From positions 1 through 64,000 of the IMG/VR virus record IMGVR_UViG_3300014091_000001: a DNA stretch of 64,000 bases. One strand, written 5' to 3'. This document shows, piece after piece, positions 46,947-56,753 of this stretch. Origin of the DNA: a virus. Taxonomy: Duplodnaviria; Caudoviricetes. Position 1 is the stretch's first letter, and each line of letters begins with the position of its first letter. The position numbers and the translations under genes were made by a program. Under the pieces are notes generated by a model. The model had not been told where the DNA came from, searched no databases, and worked only from the letters and a program-made list of their open reading frames with translations.

Positions 46947-47528
46947 TTACGCGGCATCCAGAGTCAATCCTGCCTGTTCATAAGCTACCTGCAATAACTC
47001 TTCCTCACTGGCATTAAGGGCTGTAAACATCGCTTTCCCACCTGTACTCCCGCAGGCATGGACAGGTACAAGCCATGGAAACCGATCACGTATGTCCTGG
47101 GGGGCCGCTTCCTGGTGATGCCAGCTGCAAATCGGCAGTACCCGACCGTGGGCGCCGGGTTTTACGCGCCCATCTATATGATGCAGGCTGATCACAGGCT
47201 GAAACTGTCCGTGCAGCGAGCAGGCGACACAGGGCAGGCGGGCGAGGGCATCCATAACACGCTTTTCAGCGGCAGTAGGAGTGCGGCCTTTAAGCCCACG
47301 CCCACGGCTGGTTTTTTTGCGCCGACCGGCTACAACGGCATTTTTGGGCTTTAACGCTGCTTCACGCCTCTTTTCCCGTTGGCGCTCTCGCTGCCGCTCT
47401 GCTGCAGCCTGGCGTTTTTCCTTTTGATGTTGCTGATAAGCCGGGTCAGCCATTTTGGCTTTTGCACGTTCACGCTGGCGCTCTGCTGCGCAGCGTTGCT
47501 TTTCGTATCTTTCATTCGTTGCGTCCAT
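46947..47528 (-). CDS. ref: Ref RecA-dependent HNH nuclease
   Basis: Basic N-terminus; RGLKGRTPT, LPCVAC, SLHHIDGR, LPICSWHH, PWLVPVHA. Confidence 0.93.
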   Translation of the reverse strand: MDATNERYEKQRCAAERQRERAKAKMADPAYQQHQKEKRQAAAERQRERQREKRREAALKPKNAVVAGRRKKTSRGRGLKGRTPTAAEKRVMDALARLPCVACSLHGQFQPVISLHHIDGRVKPGAHGRVLPICSWHHQEAAPQDIRDRFPWLVPVHACGSTGGKAMFTALNASEEELLQVAYEQAGLTLDAA

Positions 47529-47552
47529 TTGCCTACACCCAATAAAAAATAT

Positions 47553-47648
47553 CCTTAGATTTTTGATCACTTTATCTATAGCAGTAAAGCGATACATGTT
47601 TATCCAAGTCATAAATACAAATTATAAAAATAATATTTCCTTAGAATC
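47553..47648. promoter_or_regulatory. Divergent early-promoter region with two operator-like motifs
   Basis: CCTTAGATTT (47553) and CCTTAGAATC (47639) between ref and the early operon. Confidence 0.5.
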
Positions 47649-47701
47649 TCTCTATCTGTATTATGGAAAAAATTAAGGGATTGAGTTGATAGGGGAAAAC
47701 C

Positions 47702-48172
47702 TTGCCAGACATTATCTGCTTTGATTTGTGCGACACGCTTGCCGACACAAGCCACCGTACCCATCTGATACCACCAGCGAGCATCGCGCACCATGCCTCA
47801 AGCTGGGACCGGTTTAGCCTTGCCTGCGGCGGCGACGCACCTATAACCGCCACCATTCGCTTGCTGGTGGCACTGAGTGAGAAGTTCAGGATCTTCATCT
47901 GGACAAGTCGCGGAGATATTGCCCGGGCTGAAACGGTCGCATGGCTGGAACGGTACGGCGTACCTTACGACCGTTTGATTATGCGCGGCCCGGATGAACA
48001 CCGTAAGCCGGAAGATGTAAAAGCCGACTGGCTACGGGCGATAGGACCAGAGCACATTTGTTGCGCGTTTGATGATAACGACGATGTGGTGCGCATGCTG
48101 CGCAGCATGGGAATTACCTGTCTCCAGGTAGCAGATTTCAGGCCTCTTGTTTACAGCCAGGAGGCACTATGA
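47702..48172 (+). CDS. HAD-family phosphatase (P1 Pap-like)
   Basis: FDLCDTLAD, WTSRG, MRGPD, AFDDN motifs. Confidence 0.8.
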   Translation: MPDIICFDLCDTLADTSHRTHLIPPASIAHHASSWDRFSLACGGDAPITATIRLLVALSEKFRIFIWTSRGDIARAETVAWLERYGVPYDRLIMRGPDEHRKPEDVKADWLRAIGPEHICCAFDDNDDVVRMLRSMGITCLQVADFRPLVYSQEAL

Positions 48173-48486
48173 ACCGCTTCAACGAATACGATCACCTTCC
48201 TGACACTGCGATTAACTTCCGCCTATCCCGCCTCAAGGACATTACCGGCCCTGTGCCGAACTACTGCAATGACCCGGCCGCTGGGTGGGCGCTTATTTGC
48301 GAACATCGCCTGGACCTCGAATGGGGTAAGACCGGCATGACGCGCAGACAAGCAACTGTGTCAGCCCGCAAAAACGGGATAAGCACCTTTTACAGCCATG
48401 AAAACCCGTTTCGAGCTGCAGCCATTGTAATGCTGAAACTGTGGAGCTGGCTTGAAAAACAAAAACTTAAAGGAAATACAGAATGA
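48169..48486 (+). CDS. NinX-like protein
   Basis: PNYCNDPAAGW.LI...ENPFRAAAIV. Confidence 0.7.
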   Translation: MNRFNEYDHLPDTAINFRLSRLKDITGPVPNYCNDPAAGWALICEHRLDLEWGKTGMTRRQATVSARKNGISTFYSHENPFRAAAIVMLKLWSWLEKQKLKGNTE

Positions 48487-48836
48487 TTGCTTCACGACAT
48501 GAGATCGCTTTTGAAATCCTGCGCACGATGAACACCTCAGATGTTATGTCTGTCCCGGATTTAACCCACAAAACCCGTAAATCCAACTCTACGGTTGAGC
48601 TCATTATTGCTCCGTTACGTCGTGCAGGTTTAGTTACCAGCCAGCGCGGTCCTGGTGGGGGATACCGCCTGGCGCGGCCTCTTTCTGAAATTTCTGTCCA
48701 GGATCTTCTTAGCGCATTAAGCACACCGGCTAACAAATCGCGAGCCCCAGGTTTACTTGCGGCCCTGATGCCGCAGATACGCACAACGCCCCTCTCAGAC
48801 CTTGCCGAACGACTGGCATCGCCTTCCGCCATTTAA
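48483..48836 (+). CDS. Rrf2-family wHTH regulator
   Basis: LRRAGLVTSQRGPGGGYRLARP..EISV.D. Confidence 0.85.
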   Translation: MIASRHEIAFEILRTMNTSDVMSVPDLTHKTRKSNSTVELIIAPLRRAGLVTSQRGPGGGYRLARPLSEISVQDLLSALSTPANKSRAPGLLAALMPQIRTTPLSDLAERLASPSAI

Positions 48837-48849
48837 CAAGGTACGCGTA

Positions 48850-49374
48850 ATGAAAACTCGTTCAATTGTATTCAGTGATTTGATGATCGACGCCATCAAA
48901 CTTGGCATTAAAAGTCAGACACGACGCGTCATTAAACAGAAACATATCGGAGACCTTCACCCGCAGGTAGCCGGTTCTGATTCTGAAAAGCCAATCATTA
49001 TGCCTGCAGAGCCGGAGCAGGCCTCAATGCTTGGCTGGCTTTTAGCGAACAGCCCGTATGGCAAGGTTGGCGACCGCCTGACCTGTAACGATCTGATACT
49101 GGAAATCACCGATTTGCGCATTCAGCGGGTGCGAGATATTAGTGCGCGCGACGCGGTGCGTGAGGGGCTACATACCTTACCTGCTTCCGGTCGATACTGC
49201 CTCCAGCCCGGCATGCAGTATTTTGGCGAGGCAAGTCATGACTCACGCGAAGTGTTTTCCTGGCTTTGGGACGATATAAACGGTGACGGCAGCTGGAACC
49301 AAAACCCTTGGGTTTTTGTGATCGAATTTCAGCGTGTTACCGGGAGCACCAGTGTTAAAGGCGGTGAGGCATGA
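48850..49374 (+). CDS. ASCH/PUA-like phage protein
   Basis: I.FS..MI.AI..G.KSQTRR...YG..GDRL...RIQRV.DIS..DA..EG...W..NPWV.VIEF. Confidence 0.75.
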   Translation: MKTRSIVFSDLMIDAIKLGIKSQTRRVIKQKHIGDLHPQVAGSDSEKPIIMPAEPEQASMLGWLLANSPYGKVGDRLTCNDLILEITDLRIQRVRDISARDAVREGLHTLPASGRYCLQPGMQYFGEASHDSREVFSWLWDDINGDGSWNQNPWVFVIEFQRVTGSTSVKGGEA

Positions 49375-50012
49375 GCGAACGCTTTTATATGATTTGCTTG
49401 CGCGAAACCGTGGGCAATAACGCATCTTTTCATCGTCACAATGGCAGTGGGTACAGCACTAACGTTAGCAAGGCGCATGTTTATACCCTGGCTGACGCTC
49501 AAAGTAGCTGGGAATGCGGACGTGATATTGATTTGCCTATATCAGCGGAAGCGGTCGATACCCTGACTGTTTACCACGTTGATCACCAATACATCCCATA
49601 TCAAAACGTCATTGAATCTGGCTGCAGCCAGTATGTTGCCTTTGTTAAGGGTGACTGGAACGGTAACGACGTTTACTGGTTATCGGATCTTTTACCGACT
49701 GATGATTTTAGTAAAGCCAGAATATTCACTCAGCCAGACGTTAACGAAACCAATCTTGTCTGGTTGCCGTTTGCAGTAGCCGACGAGAAAAAACGGCTCA
49801 CATTCAACATAAACCAACTCAATCGCCGAACCATGATTCAGGCGGCTGGCCTGCGCATGCCTGAATGGCTGAAAAAACAGAACAGACGTAAGAAAAACGC
49901 TTCCGGCAAAGTGCGCTGGAACTGCCCGCACTGCGGAAAGATATCGTGGCAATTTAACCCGTATGACTTCGAAGGATGCGCTGATTTAACCTGCGAGGAA
50001 TGGCAACGATGA
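49371..50012 (+). CDS. Hypothetical protein with C-terminal Cys cluster
   Basis: Coupled start/stop within the operon; CPHC...C...C. Confidence 0.7.
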   Translation: MSERFYMICLRETVGNNASFHRHNGSGYSTNVSKAHVYTLADAQSSWECGRDIDLPISAEAVDTLTVYHVDHQYIPYQNVIESGCSQYVAFVKGDWNGNDVYWLSDLLPTDDFSKARIFTQPDVNETNLVWLPFAVADEKKRLTFNINQLNRRTMIQAAGLRMPEWLKKQNRRKKNASGKVRWNCPHCGKISWQFNPYDFEGCADLTCEEWQR

Positions 50013-50587
50013 ACACTATAAGTGCTGTAACGGTAGAACGTGACGAAGGCGGATTCTGGCTACACCCTGTGCTGGACAAACTGCTAGGGGAACGCGAAGG
50101 CTTCCAGTCTGGTGAGTTTGAGGCCTGGTTAGACGCTAATAACCTTGAGGCCGCATATGACTATTGGAGTGAAGAAGACACCGACACGTATCGCGCCTAT
50201 GTGGTCAGTGGTTCTTTTGCCGCCTGGCAACCCGAGCCGCCTGCGGGGAGCGGCTGGTTTATTAGCTCGATCCATGACAGCGAAGAGGATGGCCCGCTTT
50301 GTATTTGGCTGCGAAACCGCTTATGTGGCGATGATACCAGCAAAGAAAACCTTGCTCAGCGGATCGCAGAACTGGAATCGCTTTTGCTGGTGGACGTCCC
50401 GGAGACCGTCTGGCCTGCCGAGGTGAATCTTGCCTTCTCTAAGGTCCAAAAGGCCGAAAAAGTCCTTGCTCACCACCAGCACCGCCTGAAATATCACATC
50501 AATCGCATGTTGCTTGAAGGCTTGCCACTTCCGTCCGTAATTACTGCCGCCAGCTCGCTGGCCGATGCTATGGAGGATCGCCAGTGA
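50000..50587 (+). CDS. Hypothetical phage early protein
   Basis: Coupled ORF; ERDE.GFW.HP...W.PEPP.G.GWF..SIHD pattern. Confidence 0.7.
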   Translation: MATMNTISAVTVERDEGGFWLHPVLDKLLGEREGFQSGEFEAWLDANNLEAAYDYWSEEDTDTYRAYVVSGSFAAWQPEPPAGSGWFISSIHDSEEDGPLCIWLRNRLCGDDTSKENLAQRIAELESLLLVDVPETVWPAEVNLAFSKVQKAEKVLAHHQHRLKYHINRMLLEGLPLPSVITAASSLADAMEDRQ

Positions 50588-52416
50588 GCAGCATTCGCGA
50601 ACTAATCCGGGAAATTATCGTTGATAACTTTGCTGGTGGCGGTGGCGCGTCAACCGGCATTGAGATGGCAATTGGCCGCAGCGTTGACATAGCAATTAAT
50701 CACGATGAAAACGCTGTGGCGATGCACTCAACAAATCATCCGCGCACATTGCATTACTGCGAAAGCGTATACGACGTTAATCCGCGCCTGGCTACCGCAG
50801 GGCAGCGCGTGGGCCTCGCATGGTTTAGCCCTGACTGCCGCCATTTTTCCAAAGCAAAAGGTGGCAAGCCAGTTGAAAAAAGTATTCGCGGTCTCGCATG
50901 GATTGTCATTCGATGGGCGCTTGAAGTGCGGCCCCGGGTAATGATGCTTGAAAATGTGAGCGAGTTTCAGACCTGGGGACCGTTACTGCGTGAAATGCCC
51001 GTTCTTACCCATGCAGAGAGGCTTTTGCTTGATTTGGTTGGGCCACCAGCGCCGGTTGAACATACCCCTGACCGTTCGCGCGCGGGTGAGACATTTGCGG
51101 CTTTCGTAGGCATGCTGACAACCGGCATTAACGCGGACCATCCCGCACTGCTTGAATGTTGCCACTTCCTGAATATTGATCCATCCAGCGAGCAGGCGAT
51201 GAGTCTGGTTAACGGGCTGGGTTATGAGCTTGATCATCGTGAGCTACGCGCCTGCGACTACGGCGCGCCGACGATCAGGAAACGTTTCTTTATGGTTATG
51301 CGTTGCGATAAGCAACCTATCGTATGGCCGGACGCCACTCATGGCGACCCTAACAGCGAAGCGGTAAAAACCGGACAGTTGCGGCCGTGGCGTACAGCGG
51401 CGGAATGTATAGACTGGTCCATTAAATGCCCGTCAATTTTTGAGCGTAACAAGCCACTAGCCGCCAATACGCTTAAACGCATCGCTCGCGGTATTCAGCG
51501 TTTTGTCGTGGATAGTGCATCCCCGTTCATCGTTAAGTGCAACCACACCTCAAACAAATCGAATTACGACTGCTTTCGGGGCCAGTCATTAGCAGAGCCG
51601 CTGCAAACCATCACTAAAACGCACGGTTACGCTATAGCCGTCCCGTATCTTACAAAATTCCGAACCGGCGCGACCGGCCAGGAGCTTACAGAACCGGCGC
51701 CGACCATTACGGCTGGCTCATCGGTGAGGCCTGGCGGTAACGGGCATGCCCTTGGACTGGTTGAGGCCGAGCTTTCTCCGTTCATTTCCCGCCAGTTTGG
51801 GGCAAGCATTGGTCACAGGATTGATGAGCCTAGCGCGACGATTACCGCTGGCGGCGGCGGTAAATCACAGCTGGTGGCTGCAAATCTCGTTAAGCACTTT
51901 GGCGGGAACTATACAGGCGCAGGCGTGGATCTGGATGGACCGTCTCACACCATTACGACAACCGATCATCATGCTCTTGTCGCCTCCCACCTCATCATGA
52001 TGTACAGCGCCTGCCCGGACGGGCAGACCGTCGAAAAACCTATGCCGACTGTAACGGCTGGTGGCCTTCATGCTGGTGAGGTCCGCACGTTGCTGGCGGC
52101 TGAAAACTACGACGAGGCCCGTGCAGACCAGGTAAGCGCATTTCTCCAGGAGCATGGAATCAGTGAGTTTGTGACCATCAAAAACGTTGTGTATCGCATC
52201 GTAGATATCGGCATGCGCATGCTGCAACCCCATGAGCTTTACGCGGCGCAGGGCTTCCCGGACTGGTACATCATCGACCGGGATTATCGTGGCGTGAAGT
52301 ACGCAAAAGATAAACAGGTAGCGCGCTGCGGTAATGCGGTACCGCCGCCGTTCGCTGAATCATTAGTTAGAGCCAATTTACCCGAATTATGTGGAATCAA
52401 GGAGCAGGCAGCATGA
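50584..52416 (+). CDS. C5-cytosine DNA methyltransferase
   Basis: DNFAGGGG, FSPDCRHFS, LENV, RKRFF, QGFP, GNAVPPP. Confidence 0.93.
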   Translation: MSSIRELIREIIVDNFAGGGGASTGIEMAIGRSVDIAINHDENAVAMHSTNHPRTLHYCESVYDVNPRLATAGQRVGLAWFSPDCRHFSKAKGGKPVEKSIRGLAWIVIRWALEVRPRVMMLENVSEFQTWGPLLREMPVLTHAERLLLDLVGPPAPVEHTPDRSRAGETFAAFVGMLTTGINADHPALLECCHFLNIDPSSEQAMSLVNGLGYELDHRELRACDYGAPTIRKRFFMVMRCDKQPIVWPDATHGDPNSEAVKTGQLRPWRTAAECIDWSIKCPSIFERNKPLAANTLKRIARGIQRFVVDSASPFIVKCNHTSNKSNYDCFRGQSLAEPLQTITKTHGYAIAVPYLTKFRTGATGQELTEPAPTITAGSSVRPGGNGHALGLVEAELSPFISRQFGASIGHRIDEPSATITAGGGGKSQLVAANLVKHFGGNYTGAGVDLDGPSHTITTTDHHALVASHLIMMYSACPDGQTVEKPMPTVTAGGLHAGEVRTLLAAENYDEARADQVSAFLQEHGISEFVTIKNVVYRIVDIGMRMLQPHELYAAQGFPDWYIIDRDYRGVKYAKDKQVARCGNAVPPPFAESLVRANLPELCGIKEQAA

Positions 52417-52859
52417 CCAAGATTATAAAAATGACGTGCGTCAAATCAGACAACCCTGCGTGGTTTACGGTTGGCTCAAATTATGAGGCGGAACCGCGCG
52501 GGACGGACTTATGTATCTGCGGTGACAACCTTGTTTCTGATCTTAACGTCTCAGACAGGTATGAAATGAGCCGCCGCGAAGATGGGATCTGGTTTCTCAT
52601 TGGCTTTCAGCAGACAGTGCTGTTTCGCGCCGTTGAAGACGTCGTTCAATCATTCAAACTCCCGGCCATCGATATCATTAATGCCCTTGATTACCGCATA
52701 AAAAATATACGGGAATCGATCGACCACTTAACAGGGAAGCAGCCAGAAGAAGCTGAGTCGCTTAAAAGGCTGGTGGACGAACTAATTGCTGCAGGGGAAG
52801 CACGCAGCGCCATTAAACGCAGTAACACCTATGTCGTTTCAGAGGAAGTGAAGGGATGA
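52413..52859 (+). CDS. Hypothetical protein
   Basis: ATGA overlap with the MTase stop. Confidence 0.65.
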   Translation: MTKIIKMTCVKSDNPAWFTVGSNYEAEPRGTDLCICGDNLVSDLNVSDRYEMSRREDGIWFLIGFQQTVLFRAVEDVVQSFKLPAIDIINALDYRIKNIRESIDHLTGKQPEEAESLKRLVDELIAAGEARSAIKRSNTYVVSEEVKG

Positions 52860-53200
52860 GCAAGTATCGCAAGGGCGCAGTATATCTTCGTCATTTAAAA
52901 CCAACCGACAAATCAACGTCATTTCAGGTTTCTATCCGGCTGGCATATTTCAACGATAAAAATATCTGGAAACACCCGGAACGGGTAACTCCCGTCGTCC
53001 TGGTGCAACATGGATGCAAAGGCGTAATGGAAGTGTTTATGACCCGGGAAGATGCCTTGCGACAGCTTATGATGTACCGGGAGCGCCGTGCTCGTAACAC
53101 TAAACATAATGCAAAGCGCGGCCAACGCCAGACAAAAGGGGATTTAAGCAAGGCGTTTCGCCGCTGGGCATTTAAGCATCGTAGCGGCGGTGCAAAGTGA
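52856..53200 (+). CDS. Hypothetical basic protein
   Basis: ATGA-coupled ORF. Confidence 0.6.
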   Translation: MSKYRKGAVYLRHLKPTDKSTSFQVSIRLAYFNDKNIWKHPERVTPVVLVQHGCKGVMEVFMTREDALRQLMMYRERRARNTKHNAKRGQRQTKGDLSKAFRRWAFKHRSGGAK

Positions 53201-53508
53201 GCCTCTTTCAATGCGACGTTTGTGGATGCCGTGAAAATACAGCGTACTCATTTCAGGGGTTTCACCTTTGGCCTCAGTTGTTCGACTGGTCTTATGCCCC
53301 GGAACGGAGGGGGAAGTGTCTGTGCAGCGTTTGCGGACCGGAAAAATTCAAAGATGGCAGGGCGACCGGTTGTGGCAAATGGCATGACACCTTCCCGCGC
53401 ATATTCCTCCCGAAAGGCATGTTTATCACCAATGCTGTAGGCAACCTGGCGCATCGAGATACAGGTGAAGAGAGTTATTCAAAGTATTCGACGGAGACCG
53501 AGCAGTGA
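53197..53508 (+). CDS. Cys-rich hypothetical protein
   Basis: CDVCGC...CLCSVC; GTGA coupling. Confidence 0.7.
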   Translation: MSLFQCDVCGCRENTAYSFQGFHLWPQLFDWSYAPERRGKCLCSVCGPEKFKDGRATGCGKWHDTFPRIFLPKGMFITNAVGNLAHRDTGEESYSKYSTETEQ

Positions 53509-54125
53509 ACACAACCGAACTAATTGCCAGCCTGCGCGGGCGTTACGCGGAGCCAGAGGCGCCAAAATGTCACATTTGCGGGGCTGAAATGACGATCCAG
53601 TCCGCCTCATCAATCCGCATCACCTACGGCTGCACAGGCGCGACCTACGACGACAGCGGCTGTCATTATGCGCCAGGGCGGAATATAGCGGACGACCACT
53701 ACGCCGATTCCCGCGTAACCGTAGCAAACCGCGCTGATCCTGACGTTCTGGCGCTGGTAGAGGCGCTGGAGAGTGCGCAGCGGGGTGAGCAGCAATGGAA
53801 AGCGGCAGTTGAGGCGTTCTGCGCTGATGATGCCGAATGGCACAAACTCACCACGTCTAACAATAAGCTGATTTCTACGCTGGCTACAGCGCTGAGCAAA
53901 CAGGCAGACCGCATCGCTGAGCTGGAGGCGCGGACGGTCACTGTGCAGTTGCCAGCGCACAAATATCGTGAATGCGTCAATGGCCTGCTGGAAGAAGCTA
54001 TTGCTTACGCGGGGACGCAACAGCTTCGTGAGCGCCTCTCTTCGAGGTTGGCTAATTTCGTGCAGCCGGATCATCCGCATACTCGATGTGCGGTCGGAAT
54101 CAAATGCGAAGTGAAGGGGGAGTGA
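53505..54125 (+). CDS. Ead/Ea22-like protein with Zn-finger insertion
   Basis: CHICG; P..VLALVEALE; DRIAELEART. Confidence 0.7.
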   Translation: MNTTELIASLRGRYAEPEAPKCHICGAEMTIQSASSIRITYGCTGATYDDSGCHYAPGRNIADDHYADSRVTVANRADPDVLALVEALESAQRGEQQWKAAVEAFCADDAEWHKLTTSNNKLISTLATALSKQADRIAELEARTVTVQLPAHKYRECVNGLLEEAIAYAGTQQLRERLSSRLANFVQPDHPHTRCAVGIKCEVKGE

Positions 54126-54325
54126 TGGCAGATACAACCGCAGAATGGAGTTTTTCACTCGACACTCAATGCCCGCAGTGCAAACACGTTTTCGATTTGC
54201 GTCAGGAACTTGTAGATAACGTTTCGTCTATTGATATTTGCGAAACGGACACCGTTGCTACGCGGGATTACGAGACGGCATGCCCTGAGTGTGGTCATGA
54301 ATTTACATGCGATTTTGTTTACTGA
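54125..54325 (+). CDS. Small Zn-ribbon protein
   Basis: CPQC...CPEC. Confidence 0.7.
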   Translation: MADTTAEWSFSLDTQCPQCKHVFDLRQELVDNVSSIDICETDTVATRDYETACPECGHEFTCDFVY

Positions 54326-54335
54326 GGTCTAACCC

Positions 54336-54563
54336 ATGACATTCACAAGGGAGCAACTAATCGAGCGTATCGCTGAGCAAAAAACCACATTAGTAAGCAT
54401 GCTGGGGGTGATGCCTCAGCTTTTGCAAAATGCATCGGTTTCTCGGGCAATGGCGGCAGCAGAAAAGGATCTGCGGATTCTTGAAATTGCCCTGACAGCA
54501 CTGGACTCCCGCGCAGCTGTAGAGCCAGCGACAGTGAATAAGGATGATGGCAATGGGAATTGA
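54336..54563 (+). CDS. Hypothetical protein
   Basis: SD GAGG; MTFTREQLIER...LEIALTAL. Confidence 0.6.
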   Translation: MTFTREQLIERIAEQKTTLVSMLGVMPQLLQNASVSRAMAAAEKDLRILEIALTALDSRAAVEPATVNKDDGNGN

Positions 54564-54665
54564 ATACTGGCCTGATCAGCTTTGGCCAAAGCCACCTCGG
54601 CGCTGAAAGAAGCCGCCTGGCTGGTAGCTTCACGCGGCCACCAGCTTCAAATTAAACCGTTTGTA

Positions 54666-54694
54666 TTGACATACAGATTGAAGAGGGCCATTAT
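54666..54694 (+). promoter_or_regulatory. Sigma70-like promoter
   Basis: TTGACA-N17-CATTAT. Confidence 0.6.
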
Positions 54695-54759
54695 TTCCGT
54701 ACTGGCCGCATTTGCGGCCATACGCCCCGGCGTTTCCGGGCAATTAAGGAATACCCCTC

Positions 54760-55428
54760 ATGAGACCAATGCGTAAAGATGCGTTCATTTCCCTGATCAC
54801 CTCCCTACTGGAACAAAATATTAAAATCACTTTCGTGATGGTCCCAGGCCACTTTATCGGCTTCATGAAATGGATCGATCTTGACGGCGAAGAACGTCAG
54901 GAAGTGCTGTTTAACAGCATTCATAGCAACGAGAAACAATCCGAGTTTCATCGTCAACGCTTCATGGCGTGGTATGACGCAGCCGTAGCGGCGCACCAGG
55001 AAAAGCAAGCTATTGAGAGTAAGTGCGATAAAGAACCTGCGCATGCTGTAGCGCTGGAAACGGCTACTATATCGGTGCCGGTAGCTACGTTGCTAAATCA
55101 AACGGCATGGGGGCCGGTCAAAGCCATTCGAGCATCGATGGTAGATGAGCGCTGCCAGCTCGCCTGCGGCTCTGCCACGGCGCTGGCACTACAAGGACAT
55201 ATCGGCATCCATTTTGAATGGAAGGTGGATTACGGTGGCGTAATGGCGGGACTGCCGTGTGTTGTCTCCTTTGAGGGTGAGCCACGTATTATTAGTGGAG
55301 TTAAGATACTGACGAATAAGCCAGTAATGGAGATACTGGAAACTCTGGATGAGTCGCAAGACTTTACCGGCCAAATCCTGAAATATTGCCATGAAAAGCT
55401 TGCCATCCCGCACCCGGAGGGAAGCTAA
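54760..55428 (+). CDS. Hypothetical protein
   Basis: 222-aa ORF with SD AAGGA downstream of a promoter. Confidence 0.65.
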   Translation: MRPMRKDAFISLITSLLEQNIKITFVMVPGHFIGFMKWIDLDGEERQEVLFNSIHSNEKQSEFHRQRFMAWYDAAVAAHQEKQAIESKCDKEPAHAVALETATISVPVATLLNQTAWGPVKAIRASMVDERCQLACGSATALALQGHIGIHFEWKVDYGGVMAGLPCVVSFEGEPRIISGVKILTNKPVMEILETLDESQDFTGQILKYCHEKLAIPHPEGS

Positions 55429-55444
55429 AGCTAAGCGAGAGTTA

Positions 55445-55717
55445 ATGAAAAAGTATCAGACGTTGCACGGTAACAATAATGCATTAAAAGAGGATGATCC
55501 TGCGACCGCCTACATTCAGCAACGCGTCACAATGGCGCGTAAAAACCGCTATGTGGCCCAGGCGCGAAGAGAAGGGCTAAGCCTGTCTGAATGGATACAG
55601 AAACACTGTGACGCGGCTTGCGATGCCGCCGATTCGGGAACTGAAAGAGAAGATAATGGAAGAAATGACACGGGAAACACAGCAGGCGGAACGTCGCGCA
55701 AAGCTGGTAAAAATTGA
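55445..55717 (+). CDS. Small RHH-like DNA-binding protein
   Basis: RVT..RK..YV.QARREGLSLSEWI. Confidence 0.55.
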   Translation: MKKYQTLHGNNNALKEDDPATAYIQQRVTMARKNRYVAQARREGLSLSEWIQKHCDAACDAADSGTEREDNGRNDTGNTAGGTSRKAGKN

Positions 55718-55880
55718 CGAACTCATGCAGCAGGTTGAAGTTTTGACGGTAGAACTGATCGAAGGTTACACCGAAGAACATGATGGTAAATTCAGCGCAA
55801 TTCACCCGCGCATGGGCTTCTCTATGATGCGGAAACAGCTGGTGGAACTACGTCGTGGGTTTCTGAGGGCAAAATTATGA
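55656..55880 (+). CDS. Hypothetical helical protein
   Basis: Coupled to the next ORF by ATGA. Confidence 0.55.
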   Translation: MEEMTRETQQAERRAKLVKIDELMQQVEVLTVELIEGYTEEHDGKFSAIHPRMGFSMMRKQLVELRRGFLRAKL

Positions 55881-56107
55881 AAACTGCATTCAAAAATTAC
55901 GCAACCCGTACTGAGGCTATTACCTCGCTGCAAATCGGTGACTCCATCCTTCTGGCTCCGTATAACGAAGGTGAATATGCCCGTGAGCAAGCCAGCATTA
56001 AATCATGCGCTGTACGCAAGGGAATGCACGTTGAATTGAAACAGGTGCTTATTGTCATTGAAGGTGAGATCCCTCAAAGCTTGATTCGCGTCACTCGCAC
56101 ATCGTGA
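55877..56107 (+). CDS. Hypothetical protein
   Basis: 76-aa ORF, ATGA overlap. Confidence 0.6.
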   Translation: MKTAFKNYATRTEAITSLQIGDSILLAPYNEGEYAREQASIKSCAVRKGMHVELKQVLIVIEGEIPQSLIRVTRTS

Positions 56108-56307
56108 AATAGTGGCCGCATTCCATTTAATGATTCCTGGCGGGTAAAACCCGCCTTGGTTGTTCTCACTCTATCACTCCATCCATAGCTTTCATCTTCC
56201 CTCGATAGCTCTTCAAAATTATCAACTAACAAATTGCTTAAATGTATACAAGCATTAGAATCTATGCGATTAACATGTCGCACGGCTTCAACCGTTAAGG
56301 GTTTAGG

Positions 56308-56601
56308 GTGGCTTTTTTTATTCAGCTTTACATTGCAATGGGCGCGGCGCAGCTCGCTTATGAAGTCCGTTACATGGTCAATAAATCGCCTGGGAAATCA
56401 AAAAAAGGGCTAAAAGGTTTGCTTGATGAGTATTACAGCCTCCTGGATGCAGTAAAGCTCTTACCACTTCCAACACAGCTTTTCGTATCATTAATGGCAG
56501 CCTTGCTTGTATCTGTAGCCGGAGCGCTTGGGATCACGTTCGTGATTTTAAGCTGGCCCGCACTCGTATTAATGCGCGTCAATGGACGCATAAAGAAGTA
56601 A
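56308..56601 (+). CDS. Putative membrane protein
   Basis: Long hydrophobic C-terminal segment; start uncertain. Confidence 0.45.
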   Translation: MAFFIQLYIAMGAAQLAYEVRYMVNKSPGKSKKGLKGLLDEYYSLLDAVKLLPLPTQLFVSLMAALLVSVAGALGITFVILSWPALVLMRVNGRIKK

Positions 56602-56753
56602 CGTTGCTTTATCGCGTGATGGCCGCAGCATATAACCGCCTGCATTTATTGATGGGTTTTATGCCCGGCCGGTCATGATATTGACAAGGATTATTGATTT
56701 CGTTGGATGCGCTCAGGTAGATTCTCAGACCTGATAAGCCGTAAGGATACCCA

